From a virus (lineage: Duplodnaviria > Caudoviricetes), in the IMG/VR virus record IMGVR_UViG_3300032218_002590, positions 1 to 64,000 of that record: a DNA stretch of 64,000 nt, one strand, 5' to 3'. The position numbers and the translations under genes are program-made. The notes under the pieces were generated by a model. The model searched no databases, was not told the origin of the DNA, and saw nothing but the letters and a program-made list of their open reading frames with translations. Below, one piece after another: positions 15,045 to 25,987 of this stretch; position 1 is the first letter of the stretch, and every line of letters begins with the position of its first letter.

Positions 15045-15131
15045 CGGAAGGTGGGCGAGTCGAACGCCCAAGGGCTTTAACACCTCAACTGTTTTCAAGA
15101 CAGGTTCCGTCGCCAATCGGATTGACCTTCC
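15045..15131 (-). tRNA. tRNA-Ser(TGA)
   Basis: GGAAGGT/ACCTTCC acceptor stem, CTTGAAA anticodon loop, long variable arm. Confidence 0.96.
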
Positions 15132-15193
15132 AGATGGTTCAAGTGTGTTATACCTCAAGGATATAACAGGGACTTGAACTCTATCAGTTCTAT

Positions 15194-15604
15194 TTAGAGA
15201 TCACCTTCTACTCTGTTTTCAGAATAGTAGATGTCAAACGCTCCACCTGGATAACGCTTTTCAAGTTTACTTACATTACGCTCAATGACTTCATTAAAGG
15301 AAACTCCAAGAGCTTGGGTTGCTTGAGCAACATACCACATAATATCACCAAGTTCAATAATAAGATGCTCCCGATTATCTTCGTTCCAAGGCTTTCCTTG
15401 AAATAACATCTTCTTAACAATCTCAAGAAACTCACCACCCTCAGCGTTAATGCCAACGCCAGCAGTAAGCAATCGTTCAATATTGGCACCCTTAGAATCC
15501 AGTTCAACAAGGCGATCAGCCAGTGAACAAAAATCTTTAGAAGCATCGCTGGTAACAGCATCTACAAATTCTTCGTAACGTTGAAATACAATAGTGTCAG
15601 ACAT
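15194..15604 (-). CDS. mazG: MazG-like nucleoside triphosphate pyrophosphohydrolase
   Basis: GINAEGGEFLEIVKK...ELGDIMWY...N..KLEKRYP. Confidence 0.93.
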   Translation of the reverse strand: MSDTIVFQRYEEFVDAVTSDASKDFCSLADRLVELDSKGANIERLLTAGVGINAEGGEFLEIVKKMLFQGKPWNEDNREHLIIELGDIMWYVAQATQALGVSFNEVIERNVSKLEKRYPGGAFDIYYSENRVEGDL

Positions 15605-15607
15605 AAG

Positions 15608-16996
15608 TTAAATTACAAATTTAGAAAATTTATCAAGGCGGTTTTGTTTGTTAGAAGTTTCACCTAAGTTTTCGTAGGTTTCCTCTTCTTTGTCGGAGGT
15701 AATATCGCCATCCGAGTCATCTACATTATACAACTGCATCTTTGATCTGTCAACACCTACAGTGAATCGCTTGTAATATGTCGGGTCGTTGTATCGGTTC
15801 TTGAGTTGTTTAACCATGATACGACCAGATTGTTCAAGCTCCTCAGTGGCAATAAGGGCAATCATAAAGTCAGCAGTAGCAGGAAGACCAAAGGATTCTG
15901 AAGTGTCAGTAAGATCAACATCAGAATTGCCAAACCCAGAACGAGTAGTTTGAGTAGCAGTAACAACTGGTACATCATGCTCAACAGCTAGTCCCCTAAG
16001 TTCTTCAGCAATTGCTTTGACATAGGTGTATGAATTTACAATATGACCTTTGTATCTAGAAGAAGCACAGATGTTAAGATAATCAATAAAGATAATATCT
16101 GGTCGAAAATCTTTCTTCAGACTTAAATCACTAAGAAGTGATTTGAAGTGTCCAGCATGAGCAGAGGCAGTTGGGTATTCTTTAATGATAAGTTTACCTT
16201 GAGTTTTTTTACCAATCTGCTGAACACGAGATGTAAATACTGCTTCAGAAATGCCAACAATATCTTTAATGTTTACATTAAGTAAATTGGCGTCAATTCT
16301 TTCAGCAATTTTTTCTTCTGCCATCTCAAGAGTAATGTATATAACATTTTTTCCCTGAGATAAACAGCTAGCAGCACAATGACACATGAACAAAGATTTG
16401 CCCACCCCTGTACCAGCCAAAATAACGTTTAACGTTTTGTTTGGCATACCACCTTTAGTAATGAGATTAAACTTTTCAAGATCAAAAGGAATCTTTGTTT
16501 CATCTCTGTGATAATATTCGTAACGTTGCTCTACATTATCTACGTAGTCGTGACCAATGTATTCATCAAACGATACTGCCAAGGCCGTTTGAAGGATGGT
16601 CGGGATAGCATCTCTTGATAACTTCGGATCTCCCCCGTCAGCAATTTTAATTGACTGGAGTAGGGCGTTATATATGGCCCGATCTTTACACCACTTTTCA
16701 GTTGTGTTGACAAGCCATTCGTTATCAACCCACTCGGTACTAAATCCTTCGATTTTTGAAATACTTTCTTTAAAAACTTCTTCAGTAAGGTCATTTCTAT
16801 TTTGCAGATTAATAATTAAAACTTCTTTTGTAGGAAGCTTATCATATTTGGTAGAGAAATCTTGAATCTCTTCAAATATAATACGTTCATCAATTTCTTG
16901 AAAGTAATCTTCTTTGAGAAAAGGTACTACCTTTCGGTAATACTCTTCGTTACAAAGAAGATTTCTTAAAATTGATTGTTCAATCTTCTCCGTCAT
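15608..16996 (-). CDS. gp41: Replicative DNA helicase (gp41)
   Basis: LAGTGVGKS Walker A, IFIDYLN, QLKNRY. Confidence 0.97.
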   Translation of the reverse strand: MTEKIEQSILRNLLCNEEYYRKVVPFLKEDYFQEIDERIIFEEIQDFSTKYDKLPTKEVLIINLQNRNDLTEEVFKESISKIEGFSTEWVDNEWLVNTTEKWCKDRAIYNALLQSIKIADGGDPKLSRDAIPTILQTALAVSFDEYIGHDYVDNVEQRYEYYHRDETKIPFDLEKFNLITKGGMPNKTLNVILAGTGVGKSLFMCHCAASCLSQGKNVIYITLEMAEEKIAERIDANLLNVNIKDIVGISEAVFTSRVQQIGKKTQGKLIIKEYPTASAHAGHFKSLLSDLSLKKDFRPDIIFIDYLNICASSRYKGHIVNSYTYVKAIAEELRGLAVEHDVPVVTATQTTRSGFGNSDVDLTDTSESFGLPATADFMIALIATEELEQSGRIMVKQLKNRYNDPTYYKRFTVGVDRSKMQLYNVDDSDGDITSDKEEETYENLGETSNKQNRLDKFSKFVI

Positions 16997-18011
16997 TATT
17001 TACTCCGTAAAGAAATTCAATTGCCGCTTGTTCCTCAAGTTTTGCCATCACTTCATCAGTGAAGTATTCCTCAGGATTTTTTAGAATTTCCTTACCGTAA
17101 ATTTTCTTACCATTAACCTCGTATCGACCAGCGGCATTTTTCCAGATCCCAGCACGTTCACCCAATTCTAGCAGACCGTAGTGCTTTTCGAGACCACGTT
17201 CGTCAAAGAACAACCGAGTTTCAATCTTAGATCCTTCCCTTGTCAAACGGGACTTCTTCGCCTCACACTTAATAATGTTTCCGACGAGATCTGTTCCATC
17301 CTTTTCTTTCTTTTTGCTAAGATAGATGATGCTAGAAGCGGAATACTTAAGACCACTACCACCACCCATTTCTTTTGTAGGAACGTAAGAGCCAATAACA
17401 TCGTAGGTATGATTCGTAACTAACATGGGAATATTTGCTTTGCCTAACTTGAGAGTTAGAACCCTAAACACAGATTTGGTAAGCTGTGCTTTGGTCATGT
17501 CTCTCACGTTTTTATCATTAGTAGCATCATCAATTTCTTTATTGGTGGCAAGCATACCAAGAGAATCTAGAACAAACATAAGAGGCTTACGCTCAACTTT
17601 AGGTTGTTCAATAAACTTATCAATGATACGAACAGCTTGAGTACGAAACTCTTCGATTGTATCAACTGGGAAGATGATCATCCGTTTGGAATCAATCCCC
17701 CTGCTTTCAATCATGTTCTTACTGATGGCAGATTCAGTTTCAAAATATATAACACCAGCATCGGGGTTGCTATCGAGGAAATTACGAACGACAGAGAGAC
17801 AAAAGAATGTCTTTCCTGTGCCAGATTCTCCAGCGATAGCAGTGATTTTGTTTGAGGGGATTCCTCCAAACAACGATCCTGAAACCAAAGCATTAAATAC
17901 GTAGCTGCCAGTGTCAACAAAAGATTCGACATCGCCAGCAGCAATGCCATCAGAAACAAATGAAGCGTATTCATTCTTGCTGTCTTTAATTACTTGTTGT
18001 AAAAAATCCAT
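16980..18011 (-). CDS. uvsX: RecA-like recombinase UvsX
   Basis: [29 protein letters not shown]. Confidence 0.97.
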   Translation of the reverse strand: MDFLQQVIKDSKNEYASFVSDGIAAGDVESFVDTGSYVFNALVSGSLFGGIPSNKITAIAGESGTGKTFFCLSVVRNFLDSNPDAGVIYFETESAISKNMIESRGIDSKRMIIFPVDTIEEFRTQAVRIIDKFIEQPKVERKPLMFVLDSLGMLATNKEIDDATNDKNVRDMTKAQLTKSVFRVLTLKLGKANIPMLVTNHTYDVIGSYVPTKEMGGGSGLKYSASSIIYLSKKKEKDGTDLVGNIIKCEAKKSRLTREGSKIETRLFFDERGLEKHYGLLELGERAGIWKNAAGRYEVNGKKIYGKEILKNPEEYFTDEVMAKLEEQAAIEFLYGVNNDGED

Positions 18012-18018
18012 AAACCTC

Positions 18019-20511
18019 CTAATTGAAAAAACTCATAAGCGATACTTTACGCTCAGTATCCCATCCAATACATTCTAGCACATTTTTCAGCGGTTCGTAA
18101 AACGACTTGTCAAATTGTGTTTTGTAGTCCACGTACTTATCTAAATTAAATTCCTCTGGTAATGTGTTAAAGAATGAAATTACATTCTCCCCGATGGGGT
18201 TGGGCATTTTGAGGTAGAGAAATTTAATCTTCTCTCCTTCTTGGATAAGAGGGTACTTGTGAGTAAGATCATTACTTCGTACATAGTAATTATACAGTAA
18301 TGCACCTCTGACCTGAATAGGAGTCCTCTCCGCATAAATTTTTGTGCGATTTGAATATTTTTGTAGTCCATTACACCCTCTCGGAAAAGCAATATCAAGA
18401 TATCCCTGTTGTTTAGTATCTTGTTTTATTTGTTCAATAAAATCAATGATATTATCATTAGTTTGATTAATAATAATTTCGTAAGCTTTGTATAATTTAT
18501 CCCTAAAGTACGAGGGGGTTGAAGATCTAGCGGTTTCCATTCCACAGATTTTCATCTTTGGTTCTTTGTATCGAACACCTTCACTATCCCACACGTTAAG
18601 AACATAACGTTTCTTAGCAGTCCAGAAGCCACGATTGGCGATATTTTCACGCTTCATCTTCATCTTCTGAGCATAAGCATTTAGGTAGTCGGCCATCTCT
18701 TGGTAAGAACTTTCAATAAAAGGTTCAAGTTCCACCGAACAGACCTTATCAAGGAACCCAACAATTTTCTCATTAGGAACCTCTCTTCCTTTGTATACAC
18801 TCTGTACCAACCCATCCAGGCACAAGTACATAGAATCAGTATCAGAAGCAATAACATAATCAACATCCTTTGTTTTAAGAACTTTGTTTAGATAAGCATT
18901 CATTCGATCACCAATCCATCGAATGGCAAGTTGCCCAGACATAGTAATTGCCTCAGCAATTTCCAGTTTATAATAACGAAAGTGTTCATTACCAATAGCA
19001 CCATAGGCAGAGTTAAGTTGAATCTTACGTGCCATCTGAATGTTATTACAACGAGAAATCTCCTTCTTTAATTCAACCGTTGGATTGTTTTCGTACTGTT
19101 GCTTAGCAACAAGCATTTTCTTTTTGTAGATAGTACGTTCTTCGTAAATCTTATCCATTAATTTTGGTAAGAAACCTTGAAAGGTAATATCATAATGAGT
19201 ACCATTGGCACACAAAGTTTTGCCATCCAAATACGAAGTATCAAATTGTTTATTCAGTAAAGTATCTACATCTACAGAAACTCTATCAGTAAGAAGTGTT
19301 TCTGGTGATAAATTATATTGCATGATCAAGTGAGGATATAGCGAGTTCAAGTCGAAACTCACTACCCAGTCATACATACCAGGAATAGGTTCTTTGACGT
19401 AGGCACCAGCATACTTATTATCTTTTACACTTTCTTTCTTGGGAGGAATTATAATATTTTGTTTAGCAAGATAGATGTAAATGATATTATCCCACATACG
19501 AACTTGAGAATAAACATCCTCAAAATTTACTTTGGCATCATATGCCATAGTAAAAGCAAGTTCCAGAAGTTTCATTTTATCATCAAGACGATCTACTAGG
19601 CGAACGTCATGAATATTATACTTAACAAACTTGTCCCAGTCTTTGGTGTAGAATTCTTTGAACGTATCAAACTCGGAGTGGTCAAGTTTCTTTTCGTCTA
19701 ATTCAACAAAGGCAATGTGATCAAGCCTGTATGATTCTTGGTTAGTATAAGTAAATTTTTTATACAGTTCCAGATAATCCAGCGTAGCAATCCCCATCAG
19801 ATCATAAGCAAAATTCTTACGACCTCGAATAAAAATCTCCCGTTCCATAGTATTTTTCCAGGGAGACAGAAGGCGAGCTTCTGCTTCCCCGATCATACGT
19901 TCAATGCGACGATAGATGTATGGAATGTCAAACAATTGAACATTCCATCCAGTAATTACATCGGGATAATTTTCTATCCACCAATGAAGAAATCCCTTAA
20001 GCAACCCAATTTCAGAATCAAAATGAAGATAGTTTACTTCATTATCATTGTTGTCGTATGGGCGAGATCCAAATACAGTAATCCTTCTTAGATCGCTATC
20101 TTTAATACTGATCAAAAGAATCTCTTGGTCAGCAGATTCTATATCTGGGAAACCATTCTCGGCACCTGTTTCAATGTCAAGAGTAAATACACGAATTTTA
20201 CTGGTGTCGTATTGGATCTCATCACCAGGATACTCTTCAAAAATATATTGATTTAAAAACCGAGTTTGACCATAGATTTGAAAATCATCAATATCTTTGT
20301 GATCCTGAATAAACTGCTTGGCATCACGAATGCTACCCTGCTTAATTTGACGAACGTTTTTACCGTCAAGTGTTTTCCATTCTTCCTTCTTGGGAGAAGG
20401 AAGAAACAGTGTTGGATTAAACCTTACTTTGTCTTGAAATTTTTTACCATTTTCATAACCACGAACGAGAATAGAATTTCCCGATTGTTCAACACTGGTG
20501 TAAAATTTCAT
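18019..20511 (-). CDS. gp43: Family B DNA polymerase (gp43)
   Basis: LDIET exonuclease motif, [23 protein letters not shown]; uninterrupted. Confidence 0.98.
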   Translation of the reverse strand: MKFYTSVEQSGNSILVRGYENGKKFQDKVRFNPTLFLPSPKKEEWKTLDGKNVRQIKQGSIRDAKQFIQDHKDIDDFQIYGQTRFLNQYIFEEYPGDEIQYDTSKIRVFTLDIETGAENGFPDIESADQEILLISIKDSDLRRITVFGSRPYDNNDNEVNYLHFDSEIGLLKGFLHWWIENYPDVITGWNVQLFDIPYIYRRIERMIGEAEARLLSPWKNTMEREIFIRGRKNFAYDLMGIATLDYLELYKKFTYTNQESYRLDHIAFVELDEKKLDHSEFDTFKEFYTKDWDKFVKYNIHDVRLVDRLDDKMKLLELAFTMAYDAKVNFEDVYSQVRMWDNIIYIYLAKQNIIIPPKKESVKDNKYAGAYVKEPIPGMYDWVVSFDLNSLYPHLIMQYNLSPETLLTDRVSVDVDTLLNKQFDTSYLDGKTLCANGTHYDITFQGFLPKLMDKIYEERTIYKKKMLVAKQQYENNPTVELKKEISRCNNIQMARKIQLNSAYGAIGNEHFRYYKLEIAEAITMSGQLAIRWIGDRMNAYLNKVLKTKDVDYVIASDTDSMYLCLDGLVQSVYKGREVPNEKIVGFLDKVCSVELEPFIESSYQEMADYLNAYAQKMKMKRENIANRGFWTAKKRYVLNVWDSEGVRYKEPKMKICGMETARSSTPSYFRDKLYKAYEIIINQTNDNIIDFIEQIKQDTKQQGYLDIAFPRGCNGLQKYSNRTKIYAERTPIQVRGALLYNYYVRSNDLTHKYPLIQEGEKIKFLYLKMPNPIGENVISFFNTLPEEFNLDKYVDYKTQFDKSFYEPLKNVLECIGWDTERKVSLMSFFN

Positions 20512-20798
20512 TCCGTAGGTTCTTCTTCAGTGGGGACAGGGATTTCAGTAGCAGTCAGATCACGGTATTGATTAAACAGAAAATCAGATGGATCAGTAAT
20601 TAAACTGATGTCAGATGATCTGATAATAAATTCTCGTTCCCTAGAGTGCTGGGGAAACGGACCCAGACAGGATCCGTCTACTTGATATGGGTATCTTAGC
20701 ACACAGTCGGGGTCTCCGAACTCTACGTCAGGAATCTCTTCAACTTCTGAAATAATCCAGACCCCAGCAAACATCAACAGTTTAATAGTTTCATTCAT
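20508..20798 (-). CDS. Conserved cyanophage hypothetical protein
   Basis: MNETIKLLMFAGVWIISEVEEI...GDPDCVLRYPY; start reassigned to 20798. Confidence 0.8.
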   Translation of the reverse strand: MNETIKLLMFAGVWIISEVEEIPDVEFGDPDCVLRYPYQVDGSCLGPFPQHSREREFIIRSSDISLITDPSDFLFNQYRDLTATEIPVPTEEEPTE

Positions 20799-21174
20799 CT
20801 GCAATAACTTCTGGGTTGATTGCTTCTTCCTGTTGAGGAATAGCATCCTGATTCATTGCTTGAGTTACTTGTTCAATTTTTAAACGATATGCTTCTTGTA
20901 AACCAGAATCAGGATTTCCAATAGCTGTTACAGAATCATAAGGAATTTTGTATTCGTAATCTGAAGAGTAGGGACACCACCTACTAAATTTAACTTGCAT
21001 ATCCATCGAGTTGTCATCTCCATCAACAGAGATGAGAGAAAGTTCATATGGATGAACCATCAAAAGGCATATGCCTTTCCGATCTTCACCCTCACCATCA
21101 AACATTTCTTTGAGATCACAAATAATTTGTGATCCGGTTTTCATAATAACAATAGCAGCGTTTGTATTTTCCAT
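20791..21174 (-). CDS. Conserved cyanophage hypothetical protein
   Basis: IVIMKTGSQIICDLKE...WCPYS (Sm-like pattern). Confidence 0.8.
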   Translation of the reverse strand: MENTNAAIVIMKTGSQIICDLKEMFDGEGEDRKGICLLMVHPYELSLISVDGDDNSMDMQVKFSRWCPYSSDYEYKIPYDSVTAIGNPDSGLQEAYRLKIEQVTQAMNQDAIPQQEEAINPEVIADE

Positions 21175-21197
21175 AATTTTCCAATTAGAACGTTAAC

Positions 21198-21252
21198 AGT
21201 ATAGCACAAAAAAAAGGGGGTGTCAACTGGATTTTGCCAGTCGAGCCCCCGA
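21198..21252 (-). promoter_or_regulatory. Fused hsp20 terminator / sigma70 promoter
   Basis: GGGG-CTCGACTGG-CAAAAT-CCAGTTGACA-CCCCC-T8; TTGACA (21226-21221), 17 nt, TATACT (21203-21198). Confidence 0.8.
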
Positions 21253-21272
21253 GCGGCAACAATACGATCTAT

Positions 21273-21713
21273 TTATGCTTCTGCAAGAAGTTGTTTCTCA
21301 GAAGCACCAATCGTATACATTGTTTTTCTTTGGTGTTCTGGAATAATCTTCTCCAATAGAATTGATAAAAGACCATCAGTAAACTCTACAGAAGATATTT
21401 TTACATCTTCACCTAGTTTCCATGTGTTTACAAAGGAACGTTTAGACAATCCTTTGTGAACATAATTTCTTCCAGTATCTCGTTTCTCAATTTTACTGGC
21501 AACTTTGAGAATATTTTGTTCTGTAGATACTTCAATTTCGTCTGCTTTAAACCCAGCAAGAGCGATTTCAATTTCGTAGTTGGCACTGTCGTGTTTGATA
21601 ACGTTGTATGGGGGATAGCTTGTGTTGTGGCCAGACATAGTTTCTAGTTGATTAAACACATCTTCTAAACCCACAGCGAACGGGGAATATATATCCCAAG
21701 TGTATTTGGTCAT
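21273..21713 (-). CDS. hsp20: Small heat shock protein Hsp20
   Basis: SYPPYNVIK, EIALAGF, HKGLSKRSF, DGLL.I.LEKIIPE. Confidence 0.96.
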   Translation of the reverse strand: MTKYTWDIYSPFAVGLEDVFNQLETMSGHNTSYPPYNVIKHDSANYEIEIALAGFKADEIEVSTEQNILKVASKIEKRDTGRNYVHKGLSKRSFVNTWKLGEDVKISSVEFTDGLLSILLEKIIPEHQRKTMYTIGASEKQLLAEA

Positions 21714-21819
21714 TGTTGTTCTCCTTTAATAAGCAAGTAGTAATCGAGACCCCGAAGGCATCTCTTAATATTATATATTGAAGAGTATTAAAAAAGAAAG
21801 TGTAGAAACCCGCACAAAA

Positions 21820-22497
21820 TTATTCGGATTTTACTAATAAAATAGAGTTATTGATAGGATCATTGATATCATGATTAGCATATTCCATGCTATGTTTTGT
21901 AAATAAATCAAACCCTATAGAAAACCTGTCTTCATCTTTTATTGGATCAACTTTATGCAGAACCCAAGAAGGAAATAAAGTTATTCTAGCCGGAATATTT
22001 TGTACTTTGTAAAATCCATAGTAATTAGTAAGATGAGGAATAGCATAATCAGTTGTAGTATCATTTGAACTCACCATAATATTTCCACTAAGATAAGTAT
22101 TTTCGTGATATGAATGACAATGAATTTTTAATCCATCATTTTTTTTCAAATTTACTGCCCATCCCCGAATCCAAATATCATCATTACTATTCAAATTAAG
22201 AGATAACATATAATTGTCATAAATGTTACGAATAATTTTTAACAAATATTTTATAACATCGTTATCCCATTGAAAAATATTATAATTTTTCCAAACATCG
22301 TGACAAATACCAGAATTATTTTTTTGAATTATCTCAATCAACTCATCCATAAACCACGGATCAAAATCTTCTATCCACAATGGAAGATCAAAGATGGGAG
22401 CAAATGGTGTGTTTGCTTCCCAATTTTTCCAACGATGCAAATTTTTATGAGTATCTTTTACTTTACAATGAGCATGATCTAAAATGTTTTCAATCAT
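21820..22497 (-). CDS. 2OG-Fe(II) oxygenase superfamily protein
   Basis: WAVN...HCH...YLSG...LFPSWVLHKV...RFSIGFD. Confidence 0.8.
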   Translation of the reverse strand: MIENILDHAHCKVKDTHKNLHRWKNWEANTPFAPIFDLPLWIEDFDPWFMDELIEIIQKNNSGICHDVWKNYNIFQWDNDVIKYLLKIIRNIYDNYMLSLNLNSNDDIWIRGWAVNLKKNDGLKIHCHSYHENTYLSGNIMVSSNDTTTDYAIPHLTNYYGFYKVQNIPARITLFPSWVLHKVDPIKDEDRFSIGFDLFTKHSMEYANHDINDPINNSILLVKSE

Positions 22498-22919
22498 TCT
22501 TCAGCTGGTTTTTTTCTACCAATGTTATACTTGCTCTCTAGTGTCCACTCATCTTTCTCTTTGAAAGCAAGGACTTTAATCTGGTTAAGAGGAGCTACAT
22601 CCACAATTTTTTCTGGGGTGATTACAGTAATTAGCCCCCAATCAGAAAGTAATTGGATGATCCGATTCCTACGTTGAACATCATTCAAAGAAAGATTAGT
22701 ATGCTTTCCGTCGAGAGCAAACAGTTCCTTAAAGTGAACGATATAATATCTACCTTGCTTATGAAGAATATGGCAAGATTGATAAATCTTTTTTTCTTTC
22801 CTAGAAGCAACACCAATACGAGTAAGAGTTTCACGAACTTTTAAAAAGTCGTCTGGCTCAGCCAGAGAAACCTCTACCATATCAGATTGCTGCCACTGGA
22901 TTATAATGTCAGTTGTCAT
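22494..22919 (-). CDS. regA: Translational repressor RegA
   Basis: FLKVRETLTRIG...QSCHILHKQGRYYIVHFKELFALDG. Confidence 0.97.
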   Translation of the reverse strand: MTTDIIIQWQQSDMVEVSLAEPDDFLKVRETLTRIGVASRKEKKIYQSCHILHKQGRYYIVHFKELFALDGKHTNLSLNDVQRRNRIIQLLSDWGLITVITPEKIVDVAPLNQIKVLAFKEKDEWTLESKYNIGRKKPAEE

Positions 22920-23302
22920 TTTGTTCCACCCTTATTCAATACTTTTTTGATAGCTTCAAGTTGATCTGTCGTAAGTATCCTTAATGCTTCCAGAGCTTTG
23001 TTATGACTATAGCCATAATACTCTTTCACCAAATCAAGATGCTCAAGTGTTTGTTTTTTAACCCAGTGAGAGAATCTCTTTCTCGGCTTCAAAGTATTTA
23101 TAAGGAAATCAAATTGGAGCTTCTTTGGCAAATGAGAATTTTTATTCATCTCATTAGCATATAGAATAGAATCTGTAAACGACGACAAACATTTATTGAT
23201 AATAAAGGGAGGATATGCTTTGGTAGCTTCCTCGTCGTCAGCAAGAATATTCTTTTTTGTTTGGTTAATTGAATTTAAATAATCTTTCAATTCATATTTC
23301 AT
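22916..23302 (-). CDS. gp62: Clamp loader small subunit (gp62)
   Basis: YPPFIINKCLS...QFDFLIN...VKEYYGYS..KA. Confidence 0.94.
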   Translation of the reverse strand: MKYELKDYLNSINQTKKNILADDEEATKAYPPFIINKCLSSFTDSILYANEMNKNSHLPKKLQFDFLINTLKPRKRFSHWVKKQTLEHLDLVKEYYGYSHNKALEALRILTTDQLEAIKKVLNKGGTK

Positions 23303-23436
23303 ATGGCAGTCACACCCATCACTTTAGCATTGGGATTCCTAGCAAGAGCAGTTTCTTTTGCTTCTTGATAGTTACGAGCTTCTACTTCTTCATTGAATAC
23401 TTTACCAGCGACATAGAGTTGAACACGGCATTTCAT
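23299..23436 (-). CDS. Small conserved cyanophage protein (45 aa)
   Basis: MKCRVQLYVAGKVFNEEVEARNYQEAKETALARNPNAKVMGVTAI*; ATGA overlap with gp62. Confidence 0.85.
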   Translation of the reverse strand: MKCRVQLYVAGKVFNEEVEARNYQEAKETALARNPNAKVMGVTAI

Positions 23437-23438
23437 AA

Positions 23439-23678
23439 TTAAAATCCTCCTTCGGTTTCATCAATCATAGCAAGGTCTTCCAACACCTTGAGTTGCTTTG
23501 TGCCAGTTTGCTTGCCGTCCCATATGGGTGGGTGGTATTTTAAATATTCTCGGAAAGTCATTTTCATTTCTTTCTGAGTCATACCACAATGAACAGCAGC
23601 CTGGGGAAGATTCATCGTAGCATGAAACAACGCTTCGTTTGCCTCACGAACATTTTCTGGAGTTGTTTTTACTTTCAT
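23439..23678 (-). CDS. Conserved hypothetical protein (HTH-like)
   Basis: NLPQAAVHCGMTQKEMKMTFREY. Confidence 0.75.
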   Translation of the reverse strand: MKVKTTPENVREANEALFHATMNLPQAAVHCGMTQKEMKMTFREYLKYHPPIWDGKQTGTKQLKVLEDLAMIDETEGGF

Positions 23679-24067
23679 AGATATCTAACTTCATCAACGT
23701 AATTAGCTTCAAGTGCAGCTTCAATCATATTATAAGAATAACTGTCTGGTTTTGGTGGAGCAGAAAAATATATTACGTAATAAGCAGAACGATAAAGATG
23801 TTTGAGTAACGCACCATTACACACAGCTTTTTTAACATTATCTGTTCGCTGTGCTCCTGGACGTTTTTTACCTCCAGTACGACCACCCTTTGCTTCCACG
23901 TATTCAGTTCTGTCTGGCAGATCAGCAATGTAATCCAACTCTATTCCAAGTTCTTTAACACAATAATCTTTACCAACTATAATTCCGTCACGAGAAATTA
24001 AATCTTGTTCTACAAGAGATTCAAATTCATCTCCTGTTTTTTTACTTTCGGATTGAAAATTAATCAT
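23675..24067 (-). CDS. PD-(D/E)XK endonuclease-like protein
   Basis: GDEFE...ELDYIAD...YVEAKGG catalytic pattern. Confidence 0.75.
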   Translation of the reverse strand: MINFQSESKKTGDEFESLVEQDLISRDGIIVGKDYCVKELGIELDYIADLPDRTEYVEAKGGRTGGKKRPGAQRTDNVKKAVCNGALLKHLYRSAYYVIYFSAPPKPDSYSYNMIEAALEANYVDEVRYL

Positions 24068-25011
24068 TTGAATTCACACCCCATCATAATTTCAGTGAGA
24101 CAAGCAAGAAGATTAATTTCTTGGTCAGCAACAACCGTGATGTCCCTCATGTATTTGGCAATGATCAAAACTGCTTCGGGGATGGAAGGTCCCTTAAGCG
24201 TATCATAAAGAGAATCATAAAGTTTCCTCATCACAATAGCCGGATCATTATCAATGTTATCCACAACCCATTTCTTGACTGTAGTAAACTCTTTGTTCTT
24301 TAGTGCCTGAACCAAATCATTCAGATTAATGTCGGCAATGTCAATAAGAATAGAAGAATCAATCCGTCCGTTGGCACTGTGTCTCTGCGTTTCATTAATC
24401 AATCTCCGCCAATCTGGATAGTAACGTTTGATCAACTTGATCAAAATTTTATCATCATACTCAATTGTATTCTCATCAAGAATATGTTTGAGTCGAGCAA
24501 AAAACTTTGCCTGTAATTTGTCAACTTCTTTATTGTTAATTTTAAAATCGATTACTGTACACCGAGAGTGTAGTGGGTCAATGATTTTGTTTGGGAAGTT
24601 GCAAGTAAAGATAAAGCGGCAGTTGCCATGAAACTCCTCTACAGCCGTCCTGAGCGAGAGTTGGACATCACTTGTGGTATTGTCTGCCTCGTCGATAATG
24701 ACGACCTTGTGGGCTGCCCCAGAGGTCAATGAGACAGTCGTGGCGAACTGCCTGACCTTGTTTCGAACTGTATCCAGGAAACGCCCCTCATCAGATCCAT
24801 TGATCACAATGTAGGAGGCGCCAATTTCATCACAGATTGCTTTCGCAACTGTGGTTTTTCCTACTCCAGCAGAACCAGAAAGGAGAAGATTGGGTATCTC
24901 TTTCTGTTCAATAAATCCTTTAAAGGAGTTTTTAATATTCACCGGAAGAATACAATCCTCAAGAGTATGAGGTCTGTACTCTTCCACCCACAAAAATTTC
25001 TTATTCATCAA
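24064..25011 (-). CDS. gp44: Clamp loader large subunit (gp44)
   Basis: LWVEEYRP, GSAGVGKT, IIDEAD, SRC. Confidence 0.97.
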   Translation of the reverse strand: MMNKKFLWVEEYRPHTLEDCILPVNIKNSFKGFIEQKEIPNLLLSGSAGVGKTTVAKAICDEIGASYIVINGSDEGRFLDTVRNKVRQFATTVSLTSGAAHKVVIIDEADNTTSDVQLSLRTAVEEFHGNCRFIFTCNFPNKIIDPLHSRCTVIDFKINNKEVDKLQAKFFARLKHILDENTIEYDDKILIKLIKRYYPDWRRLINETQRHSANGRIDSSILIDIADINLNDLVQALKNKEFTTVKKWVVDNIDNDPAIVMRKLYDSLYDTLKGPSIPEAVLIIAKYMRDITVVADQEINLLACLTEIMMGCEFK

Positions 25012-25676
25012 GGTTCAAGAGCAATGTAGTAGACAAGCGGAAGTATATCATGCTTCCATTCAGTAATCAATTTGCTAGAAATTTTTACATTGTAATTTCC
25101 TGCCACAAGATTTACATTTTCCATCTTCATCACTAGTTCATATATGCCAGTGTTATCGCCAAAAATTTCTTGGGAATAAACATTACTAGTTTCGTTTTCT
25201 CGGTCACACAAATTTAGTGTAACTGTTGCGCCACCACTTGTTTTGAATACAAGATCTGGAATGCTATAAATAATAGCTGCTTTACGTAGTGATGTGAGCT
25301 GATCTCCGCTAATAGAAAACTCAATATCTGCTCCAGGAAAATTGACTGTGCGATCAGGAGCAGTTTTTAAAGTAATCTCAGGATCCGAGAAATAATACTT
25401 AGCACTACGCCCACCACCACGAATTGTGAGATACTCAGCATTGTTAAATTCCAAAGTAGGATTTTGGAAAAGAGAAAGACCCGTCAAAAATTGGTTCAGG
25501 TCGTAGATAGCAAATGTTTGTGGAAACACTTCTGTGCATTCATATTGAGAGATTAAATTTTCTCCCACATTAATTGTTTTGAGTTGAGAACCTTCTCGGA
25601 TCAAAATTGAACCGTTGATGGTAGCATAGTTCTGTAAAACTTCTTTGGTTTTTGGTGAAAGTGTTACTTTATTCAT
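25008..25676 (-). CDS. gp45: Sliding clamp (gp45)
   Basis: LQNYATINGSI, FAIYDLNQFL, YYIALEP. Confidence 0.96.
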   Translation of the reverse strand: MNKVTLSPKTKEVLQNYATINGSILIREGSQLKTINVGENLISQYECTEVFPQTFAIYDLNQFLTGLSLFQNPTLEFNNAEYLTIRGGGRSAKYYFSDPEITLKTAPDRTVNFPGADIEFSISGDQLTSLRKAAIIYSIPDLVFKTSGGATVTLNLCDRENETSNVYSQEIFGDNTGIYELVMKMENVNLVAGNYNVKISSKLITEWKHDILPLVYYIALEP

Positions 25677-25987
25677 TTAAACTCCGAGAGACCATTTCCA
25701 GTACGGGTGTAGTGCCCGTCAAAGTGAAGCAGTAGCATAGCATAGTGAATCACTTTTAGCAAGTCACGTTTGTTACGACCATCCTTCTCGCCATATCGAG
25801 AGCCATATTTGAGGACATTTGCTTGGCAAAATGGTCCGGCAAGTTTTTTGGCTGCCATCAAATCAATAGTTTGAATATCCTCAAATCCCTCTTGGTCACT
25901 ACAATAGTGACCATTATATGTGCTCACCACATAATCTTCAATATCTTTGAGAATCTTATCCTCAGTGTATTTCCATTGCATAATCAT
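25673..25987 (-). CDS. DUF3310-like conserved protein
   Basis: FCQANVLKYGSRYG.KDG..KRDLLKVIHY. Confidence 0.7.
   Translation of the reverse strand: MIMQWKYTEDKILKDIEDYVVSTYNGHYCSDQEGFEDIQTIDLMAAKKLAGPFCQANVLKYGSRYGEKDGRNKRDLLKVIHYAMLLLHFDGHYTRTGNGLSEFK

Noticed and set aside
14964-15158. 64-aa ORF, and the 5' part of ORF 3028-3336
   Set aside because: These read through tRNA genes (Ser/Ala; Val) and are spurious
6217-20511. Introns or inteins in nrdB, nrdA, gp41, uvsX and gp43
   Set aside because: All read through at ordinary lengths with no HINT or LAGLIDADG/HNH insert; gp17, gp20, gp23 and gp46 are also uninterrupted
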